From Azolla caroliniana (lineage: Eukaryota > Plantae > Polypodiophyta): a stretch of DNA of 64,000 nucleotides. Location of the stretch: positions 14,818,001-14,882,000 of the forward strand of contig JBHGNT010000016.1 of assembly GCA_043228905.1 (NCBI GenBank), given 5' to 3'. The position numbers and the translations under genes are program-made. This document shows, piece by piece, positions 23,100 through 36,558 of this stretch (positions are counted from its first letter, which is position 1; every line of letters starts with the position of its first letter). The notes under the pieces were generated by a model, which saw only the letters and a list, made by a program, of their open reading frames with translations, was not told where the DNA came from and ran no database searches.

Positions 23100-25380
23100 A
23101 TGTGCATAGAAAACAATATAGGGAGTATGGTAGAGGAAAAATGATGGAAACGTAGACACAATTCAAGCTCTAATGGAAGCTCTCGTTATTCTGTAACTCT
23201 TACACTCACAAAGACTCGAGATACCATAAGTTATCATTATAGTGTTAGGTTAGAGCTTATATACTATGCCCTAACTATTTGGGCGTGTTCACACTAAGAT
23301 ACAAAGTGGAAGGAGTCAGCCTTTTATGCCAACAAACTCCCCCGTAAAAGGACTACTCTTTCCTACGTATACAAGTGATTTGGGGTTATCTCCCCCATAA
23401 AACTAGACTATAAAATTAATCTAAATTTATGTTACATGTCAATTAGCATATAGCCACGCCGGCAAAGGTAAAGTCGATGTCCAATGTGGTTCAGCTAGTC
23501 TCAAGATTCGGCTGATTTGAGTCGGTCAAATTGTCTTTCAATCAAATCAGTCCAATTGTCGAAGTTGGCTTGTATCCGATTCTCAATTTCAGCCTTGTGT
23601 CGATTGTTTGTTGTCCGCTCGTCCTTGCTCTTGTGCTCCTCGTTGGATCCTTGATTTGTATCCAAGTTCGTTCATCGCTCAATCGTTCCTTTCTAATCAG
23701 TATCCTCGCTCAGTATTGTTTCTTCAGTCCCTTGTGTTTCCGCAATTGTGGGCTTCACTTCTCTAGCGAGTCTGTTCGGGTCGGTTTTTTACTTTTGCTC
23801 CTTGTTTGGCTACCTTCTACTCGGTCGCTTGTTGTAGTCCCATCTTTGTCCTTAGTGCTCCGAAGCGTTGATCTGGGAGTGGCTTTGTCAGGCAATCGGC
23901 GATGTTCACCTCGGTGTTGATCTTCCAAACGTCGAGCTTCTTCTCTGTTTTGAGCTCCCGGATATGATGAAATCATACCCCAATATGTTTCTTCTTCGCG
24001 TGATAGACTAGGTTCCGAATGAGGTGTATTGCACTTTGTGAGTCGCAATAGATGGTCAGCGCTTGATGGTCGATTCGACTTGTAACTAAGAAGTTAGCTA
24101 ACAATTGGTGCAGCCAGATTACTTCCTTTGCTGCTTCTGATGTTGCTATGTACTTGGCCTCTGTGGTAAATAGGGCCATGCACTCCTAAAGCTTCGACCT
24201 CGATGATATGGCACCGCCGCCATACGTAAAAACATAACCTGATGTCGACTTCTTATTGTCTGTATTTCCGGCATAGTCAGAGTTAGTATAACCTTCGACT
24301 TTGGTCGGGTTTGCCGATCCGAAAGTCGGTTGTGCATCTCCAGTCCCTCTTAGGTACCTAAAGATGTGCTTGACGGCCTCCCAATGCTTCCGTCCTAGGT
24401 TTGACATGTACCGGCTGACGACCCCTTTGCCATATGCTAGGTTGGGTCGGGTCGCCACCATCGTATACATGATATTCCTATGGCGGATGCATAGGGTTAT
24501 CTTTCCATTGAGCTCTCTCTCTTCATCAATCAAAGGAGAGTCTTTGTCCGATAGTCGAATTGACATCGGAAGCAGTGTTGGTGTTGGCTTCACATTCTCC
24601 TTGTTGAAGCGCTTCAACACTTTGCAGATGTAGTCGGACTGGGAGAGTCAGAGAGTCTTTGTTGTCCGATTTCACTCTATCCTCATACCCAATATGTTTC
24701 GGGCTTGTCTGAGTTCCTTCATCACAAACTTGTCGTGAAGGCTTCGTTTTAGCTTTCCGATTTCGGCTTGATAAATCTGAGACTCGTCGACATATAAGAT
24801 CAGATAGATCCAGACTCATCGGCCAATTGTAGAGTGTATAAACATGGGTCAAAGTCGGACCAACAATAACCAAGCTGCCTGATGTAGGAGTCGAACTTCT
24901 AGTACCACATCCTCGGCTCTTGTTTTAAGCCATAGAGGCTTTTCTTCAATTGGCATACGAGGTTACCTTCCTGCCCTATCGTCCTGAATCTTGCCGATTG
25001 AGACATGTAGATGTCTTCTTCTAGTTCTTCGTGTAGGAATGTAGTCTTGACGTCCATCTACTCAAGCTTTAGGTATTATGTCACCACGATTCCAAGTAAG
25101 AGCCGGAGGGTGTTCATCTTGATTACTGGCGATTATATATCATCGTAGTCGACCCTATGTTCTTGTTTGAACCCTTTGGCAACGAGCCGAACTTTGTATT
25201 TGGGTTTTCTGAGTCAGATACATATTTGTATCTAAAAACCCATTTGCAAAGCAGCAGCTTCCTTCCTACTGGTAGTTCGACCAACTTCCATGTAATGTTC
25301 TGATGAATCGAGTCCATCTCGGATCTCGTGGCTTGCAGACATGTATCGGCGTTCGGTGCAGCTATGGCTTCTTCGTATGT
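23100..25380 (-). mobile_element. Degraded copia RT/RNase H with 3' region and LTR
   Basis: ORFs 25123-25317, 24186-24620 (YTNSDYAG...STSGYVF) and 23973-24179 (ALFTTEAKY, IYCDSQSAI). 23140-23700 is an inverted homolog of 51470-51697 and 57121-57447. Confidence 0.8.
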
Positions 25381-26329
25381 GCGACCTAGAGATCTTCATC
25401 TGAACAGATGGCTATGGAGTAGTTACACAGAATCTCTTACTCTCTTACTCTCTAGTTATAGAGGCAACGACCTCGTCAGTAACTATATCTATACAACTAT
25501 TCTAATGATTCACCTTCTTCTCTACTATAAACTTTGCCCTAGTTATATTTATGCTTATACAACTTTCTGGCTATTTATAGATATAATCCACATGGGGAAC
25601 ATTTAGACTATTTACAAATATAGTCTCCCGAATCAGTTATATAATCGATTTTCAATTTCTGCCTCAACTGAATTTCCCTTGGTTCCATCTGATTCGGCTC
25701 GTACTCTTCTTCCCATCCGAAGAGACCTGTTTTCCCAACACGCACCCAAGAAATAGGAAGCATTCAGGTTGATATAAATACAGAGTGATCGGAAGAGTAA
25801 AGGGGGAGATAATATTATTAGGCAAGAAGTGTAAAGAGAGAGGGAGAGTGAGTGATATACCAACAATCGATCAGTACTTGTATCTGTATGTATTTATAAT
25901 CAAATATTCTTTCGTGTGGGGTAATCCTATGTGCTTAACGTGTAATCTAAGTATATGGTTTGTGTGTAATCGCGAGCCTGAAATCAGGTGTAGCCAATTG
26001 GGCAAGAGATCTGTTACTACGTTCCCTAAGAAGTTCTAAAGAGTTGTCTGCATCTCAGACAAACTCGGAGATTCACCGAGAATGTTATCTAGGAATCCCT
26101 TGGGGCAGAGTTATCTCCCCTAACTCTCGTATCCAACTAAGTGTATAGCCGACAGGACGACCGGAGGTCCCTTCCTTCCTACCACAATCACCTTGGTCCG
26201 ATTACTCGGAAGTGGTAACCAAGAGTGTGTTCCTCTAGAAAAGGGGCAACAGAGTATTAGCCTTACCCTTGCCGAAGACATCTTCGAATTCCAGGTACTT
26301 TGAATTCCCAACAAAAACCTTTGTAGAGA

Positions 26330-26660
26330 GATGGTCGATATTTGGTGAGATTTTGAATCTTGGTTGGTAGCAACAAGAAAGTTGGGTGCAAGTTCTTGTT
26401 AGGAATCATTGATGGCTTGTTTTCTCCTTGATCAATTTCAGAATTATGAAGTTCAAACGAAGCACAACCAATGACAACTTGAATTGACTCAGTTTTTCTT
26501 AAACTTATATCTCCAAATGCAATAGGGCGACCGTCAATGATCACAACAGTTGTGAGACAAGGGAGGTTGCTTAATAGGAGTTTCTAGATTAAGGAAAATT
26601 CTCAATCCATAAAACAAGAGTTGGCTCCTGAATCTAGGAGGGCAAAGGCAAGAACTCGAT
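26330..26660 (-). pseudogene. Isolated gypsy protease fragment related to 4190-4470
   Basis: ALLDSGANSCFMD...VIDGRPIAFGDI...ESIQVVIG, similar to VIDGRPIAFGNIVEESEPIQVV near 4270-4350. Confidence 0.7.
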
Positions 26661-28929
26661 GTTAAGCAAGCTAGTTGTATGGGGGTACATGTAAACAACA
26701 CAATGTGAAGACAATTTGAATGTTATATTTAGTGTTTGTTAACTTTGCTTCATAATTCCTTAATAATTAGTATTACTTGTAGCATTATCATTGTCTACTC
26801 ATCACTTATTTTGTTGATACACAATCTCTTTAACTTTGGTATTTCTTATCTCTCTCACAAACATATTCACATAAGCTAAATCACTTACCTCCAAAAACAC
26901 CATGAACATGACATTGAGCCACAAGTGGGCCCAATAGTTCCACTTCTTGACCCTATCTTCCTCATTTTCCTATGTACAAATGATCCTTCACTAAATTGTC
27001 ACAACCTTATTTACAATACAAATTCTTCAACTACATCTATGACACTTAAAAACATCCCACATATACAATTGTTGCAAAATATTCTTCATTGTTTTGAATG
27101 GCATGCCCAAGATTTTATTAGTTCTAGGTTCATGGGTATATTGTGTCATATAACAATATCATTACAAATCTAGTGACACATATTGAGTGGTATTCCCTTT
27201 CAAATTTGAAGGCGTTGCAAATGTTTCTTTGATTTAAAAGATATATCATAAATTTAGTTTGGTAAATGCTATGATAATAATTCCTCCACTAACCAATTAT
27301 CTCAAAATTTGAAAGAGTTGCAAATGTTTCTTTGGCTTGCAGATATGTATGAGTACAACTTTATTTAGGTACATGATATAATAACATTTCCCATGACAGG
27401 AGTCTTGTTTATTCCATTATTTGGAACAATCTCAACAACCAAGGGTTGAGATGCTTAGTAAGACTCCGATCTACATGGTTCTTGAGTTACTTGGTGCATA
27501 TCCCAATAAGCCATTTACTGTGGACATGGATGTTAGTACACACGCAATTCAATCCGCAAGCACTTTCGAGCAAAAATTAACAATTGGTTCTCGAATGGAG
27601 TTACAATGGTCCAACTCTTGTACACAATTGTAAACAATAAGAAAGAAGAGAGACAATAGAGAATTTAAACTATTGTACTTCCATTGATAGCACACTACCT
27701 GAAGGAGAGTGGACGATTGGTTATGCATTTATACTCTTCATTTAAAAATCAACAGCTAATTCACTGGCAATAACAAGATTTACTCATACATGTAAGGTTT
27801 TTTCCATTCATATGTGAGTGAGAAAGATAGACATACACACACACACACATGCACATTTTGTTATAGTTTCGTAGGTTAAGTCCACCTAATAACTACTTTC
27901 AAGCAAAGCTTAAATATTCTCAAAATATGAGGATTGTTCGATGCGATTTCTTGCAACAAAACAATATTATTACAAGGGAAGTCTTAAAGATGTATGATGG
28001 TCATATCAAGATAAGTAAGTTTTAGGTACAACTAAAAAGATAATGCACCAAACACACCAAAATCATCTAATAAGATGGATTAAAACAAATCATGTTAAAT
28101 TCCATTCGAGCATTACCTTAGGTAAAATCAGAGTAACTATATAATGAGAAGGCAAAAAGAGATTTAGTAGATAGATGCATATAGCAGCATCTAATCCGTG
28201 GAAGAAATCATAGGCACTTCAGTCGAAACACAAAGCCATTCATTCCGGTTAACAGATTGTGACGGAAGGCACTAATTGCATCAAAACAGAGAGAACAGAG
28301 AGGAGAGAGGGAGTGTGAAGGGAAGGATTTAGAAACATTTCCTGAATGAAGAACAGACATTCCATTCGATTTATTATGATTGTGGAGAGACTGTAGACTC
28401 GCCGCCCCACTCCAAATTCTTTAAAACTAATTAAAAGCGTATAACTACTGATATATCAATATTGTTTTTATAAAATCTTCAAATTCTTTAATTTTAGGCA
28501 CCCAATCCGAGTCCTTCATTCCATTCCATTTCCTTGTCCGATTCGAATCCTTCATTCCATTCGAACCTTTCTTTACTTTCGGTAACCTGTCGAGGGGGAA
28601 TGAAGGGTAATTAAAAAAAACAAATAGGTACTCTGGATTTTGGGGGGTGGGGGGGGGCACGGAGAGAAATTTAAGCAAAGTTAGTTAAGTTTTTATAATG
28701 GCACTAAAGATGATTAGTAAAACTAGATAAATGCTATCTACGCATGTCCCTCATGATGGGGGGAAGAAGGCTGAAAAGCCGTAAATCGGCCTAAAGGCCG
28801 ATTAAGGGTCGGTTGGTCGGATTCAGCCGAGAGGCTGATTAAGCGTCGGCTGGTCAAATTCGACCGAAAGGCCGAATGAGGGACGACTGGTCGGAATCGG
28901 CCAAGGGGCCGAATGAGAGTCGGCTGAGA

Positions 28930-30254
28930 GTTCAAATATATATATATATATATATATAAGTTAGGGTGATGAATAATAATGTGTGTGTGTGTGTGTGTGT
29001 GTAAGAGATACCATAGAGACAAGAGCAGAGAGAGCGTGAGTGAGGTAGAAAAGAGAAAAAGAGACCTGAAATAACATGAGTTGCGCGAGAGACAACATGC
29101 TTAGACACTGTGAAGAAGTGTTGAGTTAGTTCGTGCGAACAAGACAAAGAGAAGACGGGAAGACAACAAGTGCAGGCACAATCTTGTGGAACTTGCCCAA
29201 ACCCTAGAAGTGGTTTCAAACATCAATCTATTGCATCTACCCCTGAACAAGAAGTTGAAAGCTTTGTAATCTGTTTTGTTTTATACTCTTCATTCATAGT
29301 GAAATTTTTTCGGGTAGAGTGCTCGTGGTTTTTTTTCGTGATCTGGGATTTTCCACATAACTCGTGTGTAGTTTGATTTGTGTTTATGTCTTAGAATAAT
29401 CTACTGTTTATCTCTTATTGTAAATCCATCAAACTGATATCAAAGCATTAGGTCCTAGATGGAAGGAAGTGTGAGTGGTTTTCCAGGAATGATAGTCCTA
29501 AACTCCCACAACTATGCTGACTGGAAGATCAAGATGGAGGATCTTCTTATAGTTAGAGACGTAACTGAGCCGATAGATAAGAAGGATATACCAACGGGGG
29601 TATCAGAGTCTGAGTGGAAAACCCTAAATAGAAAGGTTGTGGCTACCATCAGACAATGTGTAGACATGAGCATCCTTCAACATGTAGCAAATGATACAAA
29701 TGTCCATGACTTGTGGCATAATCTCTATGCCCTGTATGAAAGGAAAAATGCTCTAAACTAAGCTTCCCTTATAAGAAAAATAGTGAGGCAAATGGACATA
29801 GATGGTGATAGGATTGTGGTGCACATTAGTACTTTCATGGGACTAGTAAATCAGCTAGCATCAACGAAGTTCCCATTAGATGATGTTATGCAAGCCCTGT
29901 TACTACTACGTACTCTACCGGACAGTTGGGAGAACCTAGTAGTGTCACTTAGTGCTTCTTGTCAAGAAGAGAACCTACCTTTACAAGTAGTAAAGACAAA
30001 CATTCTGAAAGAAGAGACAAGAAAAAAAGATAAAAGTGCCTTGTCTCAATTGAAAGCAAATGTAGCACAAAACCTTGGTAGAGGAAGAAGGAAACATAGA
30101 AGTCCTCGAAATAGAGACAAGTCTCATGCTAGGTCAAAGTCCAGAGGAAGACTCACGTGTTTCTAGTGTGGAAAACCTTGTCATTTCCAAAAGAATTGTC
30201 AACACCGTAAGAAGGACAAAGTGATTATTGATGATGTTGAACCCAAAAAAATTT
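28930..30254 (+). mobile_element. gag: Truncated copia: probable 5' LTR after a (TA)n tract, PBS and degraded gag
   Basis: PBS-like TGATATCAAAGC at ~29435. ORFs 29459-29761 and 29783-30166 (NYADWKIKMEDLLIVRD...) are homologous to the gag at ~56430. Confidence 0.85.
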
Positions 30255-30330
30255 GTGACGTACACGTAAAAATACCTTTTGTCCTGGGTGGAATACACGA
30301 AGTTGCCTAGGATGATCGACATAAAAACGC

Positions 30331-30880
30331 TGTCGTGGAGAAAACCGTCCCTAGGCAGAAACCGGGTATAATGTGCGTAAACCGGCCCTTACACATGGGC
30401 ACAAGTTTTGTTGTATAGTACGTAAGTAGGTACAAGTCGCCTGAGGCGAAATCCTAGGTAGTACGCGTTCGGTAGGGAGGAAATCGAGGCGTATCCCTGT
30501 CTGAAAGGACAGGGAATAAATATGATGTAACGAGTGGTAACGGCCTCCCTCCTTGGGTTATAAAAGACAGGGAGAAGTGAGAGAAAGATATCGCATTTTG
30601 GGGAGCGAGGAGGAAGTGCTATCGGACCGGGACCGAGCTCTCTCCTCCATCGTTCGACTTTCTCTGCAGGATTTCGGACTGTGTAGCCTCTGCTTCGTGG
30701 GCTTCCGGCAGAGGCTCCACTATGCAGTCGGGATGTGTGCATGCGTGAGCATCATGTGTATGTGTGTGTGTCCGCCTGGGTTGGGTTCGTCGCCAGCTTG
30801 CCAGTTGTAATCGTTGTCGATTGTAATTAAGACTTTGCTCTCTATCTCTTTCCTCCTCTATGTTTCTGCAAGCTGATCTC
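30331..30880 (+). repeat. 5' LTR (3'-truncated)
   Basis: Matches 34761-~35320, then runs directly into protease-proximal sequence. Confidence 0.85.
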
Positions 30881-33800
30881 TCTGTGTTCCTCCTCTGACT
30901 CCATCGTGGACTTGGTGAAGCGGAAGAGGCTCTCGACAGAACCGGAACTGGAGAGGCCGGTGGAAGTGCGGACGACACACTTAGAGGACACGGCCCTAGA
31001 GGATGAGTTGGCGGAAAGCCACTACGCGAAGCCGCATTGGGCTAGGGCCACTACGGAAACCCCTTGTTCGGATTGGCGACATCCAAGAGCCGGTGGTGGC
31101 ATTGGTAGAACACGGTTCGGAGATCAACCTGATGTCCATGGACTTCTATAAAAGGGGGAAATGGCCGATCAACACCAAGCACGGGTGGAAGATACGCGCG
31201 GCGATGCGCGCTACAGAGGAGCTGCATGGTGTGTGCCCGAATGTACGCGTGAAGATCGACGACGTCAAGATAGATTAGCATTTCTCCGTGCCGGAGACTT
31301 CCTCGCACCCGATAATTCTTGGCGAACCGTACATTACGGCAGCGCGCATGGAGACGAAAGTACTGGACAACGGTTCGGCGTATGCGTGCGTCAAGAGCCA
31401 AGACAGTCGGCATTCCGTCCAATTCATGACAATACGACCCAACCACGAGCGAAATCGCAAGACCCTCGGCGGCGACAGCCGAGGGGATTTTTAGAGAGGG
31501 CTATCAAGGTGTGGGGCCGCGATAGTCCGGACACCCTGGAAAAACCCCACAGATGTACTATAGGCAAAAACACCTGTACCATAGGTAGAAAATTTTGGTT
31601 CTCCGATAGCGATGGTTGTATGATAGATGACGTAATTGGCCGGGAAAAGAAGCGGACGGAGGAGCGGCTTCGGGCGTGTGGAGTCCTCAACCCTGAAGAG
31701 GAAATCAACGGAGCCATGGAGGCGGTCTCTTTCGACGACACCTTGGGGAAGTTATGGGAGGTGTTCGGAGAAGGCCTTAATGAGGACCAGACGATTCCGG
31801 TATGTTCGGAAAACATGTACGAAGTCATCGCCGACTTCGGTAGTGGACTCAAGTTGGATCGGACGGCCCAAGTGGATACGAAGTACAAGACTGTGGACCG
31901 GAAGGTGAGGCCAGTCGCAGAACCCTTGCCGGAGGGCAGCGAGTTACGGATAAAGGGGGTTGCGTCAAACCCAAGTTTACAAGATCCGGCCAGCATAAGA
32001 CACACGTTCACCGACGTAGCACTAAGGGAGCCCATATTCGAATCGGTGGTTTACCATGCCGAAGAAGAACGGCACACTGCGCTTCATACAGGACCTACAT
32101 ACAGTCAACAAGGTGACCATTCGAAACGCAGGTATCGGACCGACCATCGATGAGTTCGCGGAGGCCTTCACAGGGAGGTCGATCTACTCGATCGGGGACC
32201 TGTACTCAAGCTACAATCAGTTCCAGCTAGCCATAGATAGCAGGGATGTCACGACGATGCAGACTCCTCTCGGCCTAGTTCGGATGTGTACCTTGCCACA
32301 AGGAGGAACGAACTCGGTGGCGCACATGGTGAATGCGATGAACAAGGTGTTGTGGGACTGCATCCCGGACATCACCATGCCGTTTCTGGACGACATCCCG
32401 ATCAAAGGATATCCAGTGGAGGACAAGGATGAGTCTGTTGGGCCCGACGGTTGCCGGAGGTTCGTGACGGATCACATCTGCAAGAAGGTGCTACAAAGTC
32501 TCGAGAGCGCACGGCTCACCTTATCCGGAGAAAAATCAGCATTTGGACATCTAGAGATCCTGATAGTCGGACACCTGTGCGGGCCCTATGGCCGGAAACC
32601 GTCCCCGGCAAAGGTAGAAGCCATCTCCGTGATGAAGGATGATTGCGGGTCGGTTATGGAGGTCCACAGATTCTTGGGTGCATGCGCGTTCTACCACATA
32701 TGGATTCCGCACTACACACATGTCGCGGAACCACTCTACGGGCTATTGAAGAAAGGGTGTAGGTTCGAGTGGAGGACAGAGCACATGGAGTCGGTCCGGA
32801 GGCTGAAGGAGGCGCTTGCTGCGGCACCGGCTCTCCGGAAAGCGGTTTACGGCAAGTCCCCATCTACGTGACGGTGGACACGAGCCCGACCGGGATCAGG
32901 TGGGTGATCAATCAGGAGGACAAGGACGGCGTACGGTTCCCGATCTGTTTCGGGGTGAAGGTATTGAGCGAGTGGCAGCGAGGATACGCCCAATTTAAAC
33001 GCGAGTTGTGGGGTATCGTTTCGGCAGTAAAGGCCGACAAGGACTATCTGATCGAGACGGAAGTGATCATCGAGACAGACTGCCAACCGATTCTAGGTAT
33101 GGTCTCCGGATGCGCGACTCCGAACCTGGCGATGCTTAGGTGGATCGGGTACATCAAGTCCCTGAACCCGGAGATACGACACATCTCCGGGAAAGATAAT
33201 GCCATGGCCAATATGCTTTCAAGGGCGCGGTTCAGTGACGAGGACGGCATGGTTTCGGATAACGAGGAAGTCGGCGAGGATTTCTTCGGGTCAGCCAACC
33301 TAGCAACAGGGAAGGGGAGCACTCCGGCGCTTAACGAATTCGACGAGAGCAAGTACGACGGGGAGTGGCTCCAGATCGGCGGGTTCCGAAAGGCAATGAC
33401 ACCGGACACGGAATGAACGAAGGAAGAGGCCAACTGGATTCGGAAGAAAGCGTACCGATTCTTTATACGGGACGGGAGCATATGGAAGCACCCGAAGAAG
33501 AGAGACGGCATCCTGCTCCGAGTGGTGGCGAAGAAAGAGGAATAGGAAGAATTGATGATGCTGTACCACGAGAGTCCCTAGGCTCGACACCGCGGGACGT
33601 GGGACACATTCGAGAAGCTAAAGGGGAAGTATTGGTGGCCGGAACTATACCGAGACGTGCATCGGTTCGTGACGACTTGCGAAAGCTGTCAGGTGCACTC
33701 CATAGTCCGACATCGGGACGAGCTCCACCCGACCTACCCTCCGACCGTCCACTTCAAGTGGATGGTGGATCTTGTGACGATGCTGATGGGGGTAGGGTGG

Positions 33801-34760
33801 ATGCGGTATTTGGTGCTGGCTCGGGAGGACCTGATGAACCAGGTGGAAGGCCGAGCGTTGCAGAGGAAAACGACCGCCGTCGAGCGCCAATTTCTAATCG
33901 AAGAAGTGGTATGCCGGTACGGGTGCGTAGGTAAGATCGTGGTCGACCGTAGGGAATTGGATGCACAAGAGGCGGAAGAGTTGTTTGACCGGCTAGGAAT
34001 TAAACTCTCGCTCACCACGGCGTACAATCCGGAGGCTAACGGGAAGGTGGAGCGCGGACATGGGCCAATCATCAAAGCGTTGGTACGGGCGTGGGGAGGC
34101 CATGTCAGGAACTGGCCGTGGCTCTTACCCTATGCGTTGTGGGCGGACCGAACTACGCACAGTTCAGTAACCGGGTTTATGCCGGCAGAGCTAATGTACA
34201 GGCAGAAGCCGATCATGCCAACGGAGCAGACAATCTCCTCATGGGCCACGGTGTAATGGAACAACGAGATGAGCCGGGAGGAGCTGTTAGCGGCACCGAT
34301 TCGGCAGCTGGAACGAAGACCGGAGGACGTGGACCGAGCCACGGAGAAGCTACGGGTGGCGAGGGTAATGAACAAAGGACGGTTTGACCGGACTCACCAA
34401 CTGAGACTGAAGAAGATCGAGGAAGGCGACTGGGTTCTGGTGTATGACAGCAGCCTCGACAACCAACACCAGGCAACGCGGAAGTTTGGAAGAAGGTGGT
34501 TCGAGCGCCAACAACAATGGGACCTACCATCTTGCAGAGCTTGACGGGACAAGGATGGCGGTACCGGTGGCGGGGAAAAGGATCAAAGCATTCAAAAACT
34601 GGCACGAGGCTGAACCAGACCCGGACGACCTGGATAGCGACAACGACCAGCTCGGAACGGATGCCGATCCGGAAGATGAAGGATAAGCGTGGGCCGGTCT
34701 TCTTCGGCAAGAGGCTAATTTTGGTGCATACCAGTAGATGCGCGGTTAGGTGGGGGCGGA

Positions 34761-35414
34761 TGTCGTGGAGAAAACCGTCCCTAGGCGGAAACCGGGTATA
34801 ACATGCGTAAACTGGCCCTTACACGTGGGCACAAGTTTTGTTGTATAGTACGTAAGTAGGTACAAGTCGCCTGAGGCGAAATCCTAGGTAGTACGCGTTC
34901 GGTAGGGAGGAAATCGAGGCGTATCCCTATCCGAAAGGACAGGGAATAAACATGATGTAACGAGTGGTAATAGCCTCCCTCCTTGGGTTATAAAAGAGAG
35001 GGAGAAGTGAGAGAAAGATATCGCGTCTTGGGGAGTGAGGAGGAAGTGTTGTCGAACAGGGACCGAGCTCTCTCCTCCATTGTTCGACTTTCTCTGCAGG
35101 ATTTCGAACTGTGTAGCCTTTGCTTCGTGGACAACCCGTGTGCTTCCGGCAGAGGCTCCACTGTGCAGTCGGGCTGTGTGCATGCGTGAGCATCGTGTGT
35201 GTGTGTGTGTGTGTGTCCGCCTGAGTTGGGTCCGTCGCCAGCTTGCCAGTTGTAATCGTTGTCGATTGTAATTAAGACTTTGTTCTTTTTCTCTTTCCTC
35301 CTCTGTGTTTCTGCAAGTTGCTCTCTCTCTCTCTCCCCTCTATCTCACGCCCCTTGGTTCAAGGCCCCCGCGGTCCCACCTCTTTTCGAACGCGAAGAGC
35401 GTAACAACACGACA
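34761..35414 (+). repeat. 3' LTR
   Basis: 7-bp terminal inverted repeat TGTCGTG...CACGACA. Confidence 0.88.
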
Positions 35415-36131
35415 ACGTGTTCTATCTTGAGCTGTTTTTATATTATCTCGTGCAATATGCAACATATCCTACATATCCCGAAGAAAGTTTTGCGTACTTC
35501 GCAACTCATCATGATGTATATTAACATCAATCGGGGCTCGTGGCTGAAAACCATACATCAGCATAAAAGGACTATATCCCGTCGACGTATGCTTGGAGCT
35601 GTTATCAGCAAACTCCAAAATTGGGAGATAACGTTCCCATTTTTTTGGTTTTGCACCAACGTATGCTCGAAGCATGTCCTCAAGAATTTGATTTACTCGT
35701 TCTGTTTGTCCATCTGATTGAGGATGATCCGTGGAGCTCATGCTCAACGTAATTTCTAACTTCTTAAAGACTTGTGTCCAAAAGTCACTAGTAAATTTTG
35801 GATCTCGATCACTCACAATATCCATCGGTAACCCATAAAAAGGAAATAACTCATCAACGAATTGGTAAGCCAATTCAGGAGTTGTTACCATGGTTTTAGT
35901 AACAATAAATCTGGCCATTTTAGTTAGTCTATCAACAACAAACCAGATGGCATCGTGGCCTTTTTGGGTGCGAGGAAGGCTAACAATAAAATCCATGGAT
36001 ATACTTTCCCACTTATTATTGGGAATGTCCAAGGGATGTAAAAGTCTTACGGCTTTAAGTCGCTCAGCTTTGTTAACCTGACATTGGTGACATTTAGTCA
36101 CATAGCTATGTATGTCAGGGCGCATCTTAGG

Positions 36132-36558
36132 CCAATAGAATTGAGTGGAGATGAGAACAAGTGTGCAATGTATTCCAGGGTGCCTTGCTAAGGGTGCATC
36201 ATGGCATTCAAAAAGAATCCTCTTTTTGACCTTGGGTAAATCCGGAACACAAACCTTCCCATTAGAGTAGAGCTAACCGTTAGCAATGTGGAAGTATTCC
36301 TTCGAGGATGTGGTGGTGTCTGTTCCAGACTCAAGTCTTGCCCAACCAATAGAATTGAGTGGAGATGAGAACGAGTGTGCAATGTATTCCAGGGTGCCCT
36401 ACTAAGGGTGCATCATGGCATTCAAAAAGAATTCTCTTTTTGACCTCGAGTAAATCTGGAACACAAACCTTCCCATTACGGTAGAGCTGACCGTTAGTAA
36501 TGTGGAAGTATTCCTTCGAGGATGTGGTGGTGTCTGTTCCAGACTCAAGTCTTGCCCA
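36132..36558. repeat. ~214-bp tandem duplication within gypsy pol
   Basis: CCAATAGAATTGAGTGGAGATGAGAAC...CTCAAGTCTTGCCC occurs at ~36132 and ~36346. Confidence 0.9.

Larger units (their letters stand above)
30331..35414 (+). mobile_element. Degraded Ty3/gypsy of a fungal-like lineage; gag deleted; apparent 4-bp TSD
   Basis: LTRs begin TGTCGTGG at 30331 and 34761; the 3' LTR ends CACGACA at 35414. PPT AGGTGGGGGCGGA; flanks ACGC/ACGT. PR (ALVEHGSEIN), RT (LPQGGTNS, PFLDDIPIKG), RH (VDTSPTG), IN (YNPEANGKVERGH). Confidence 0.88.
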
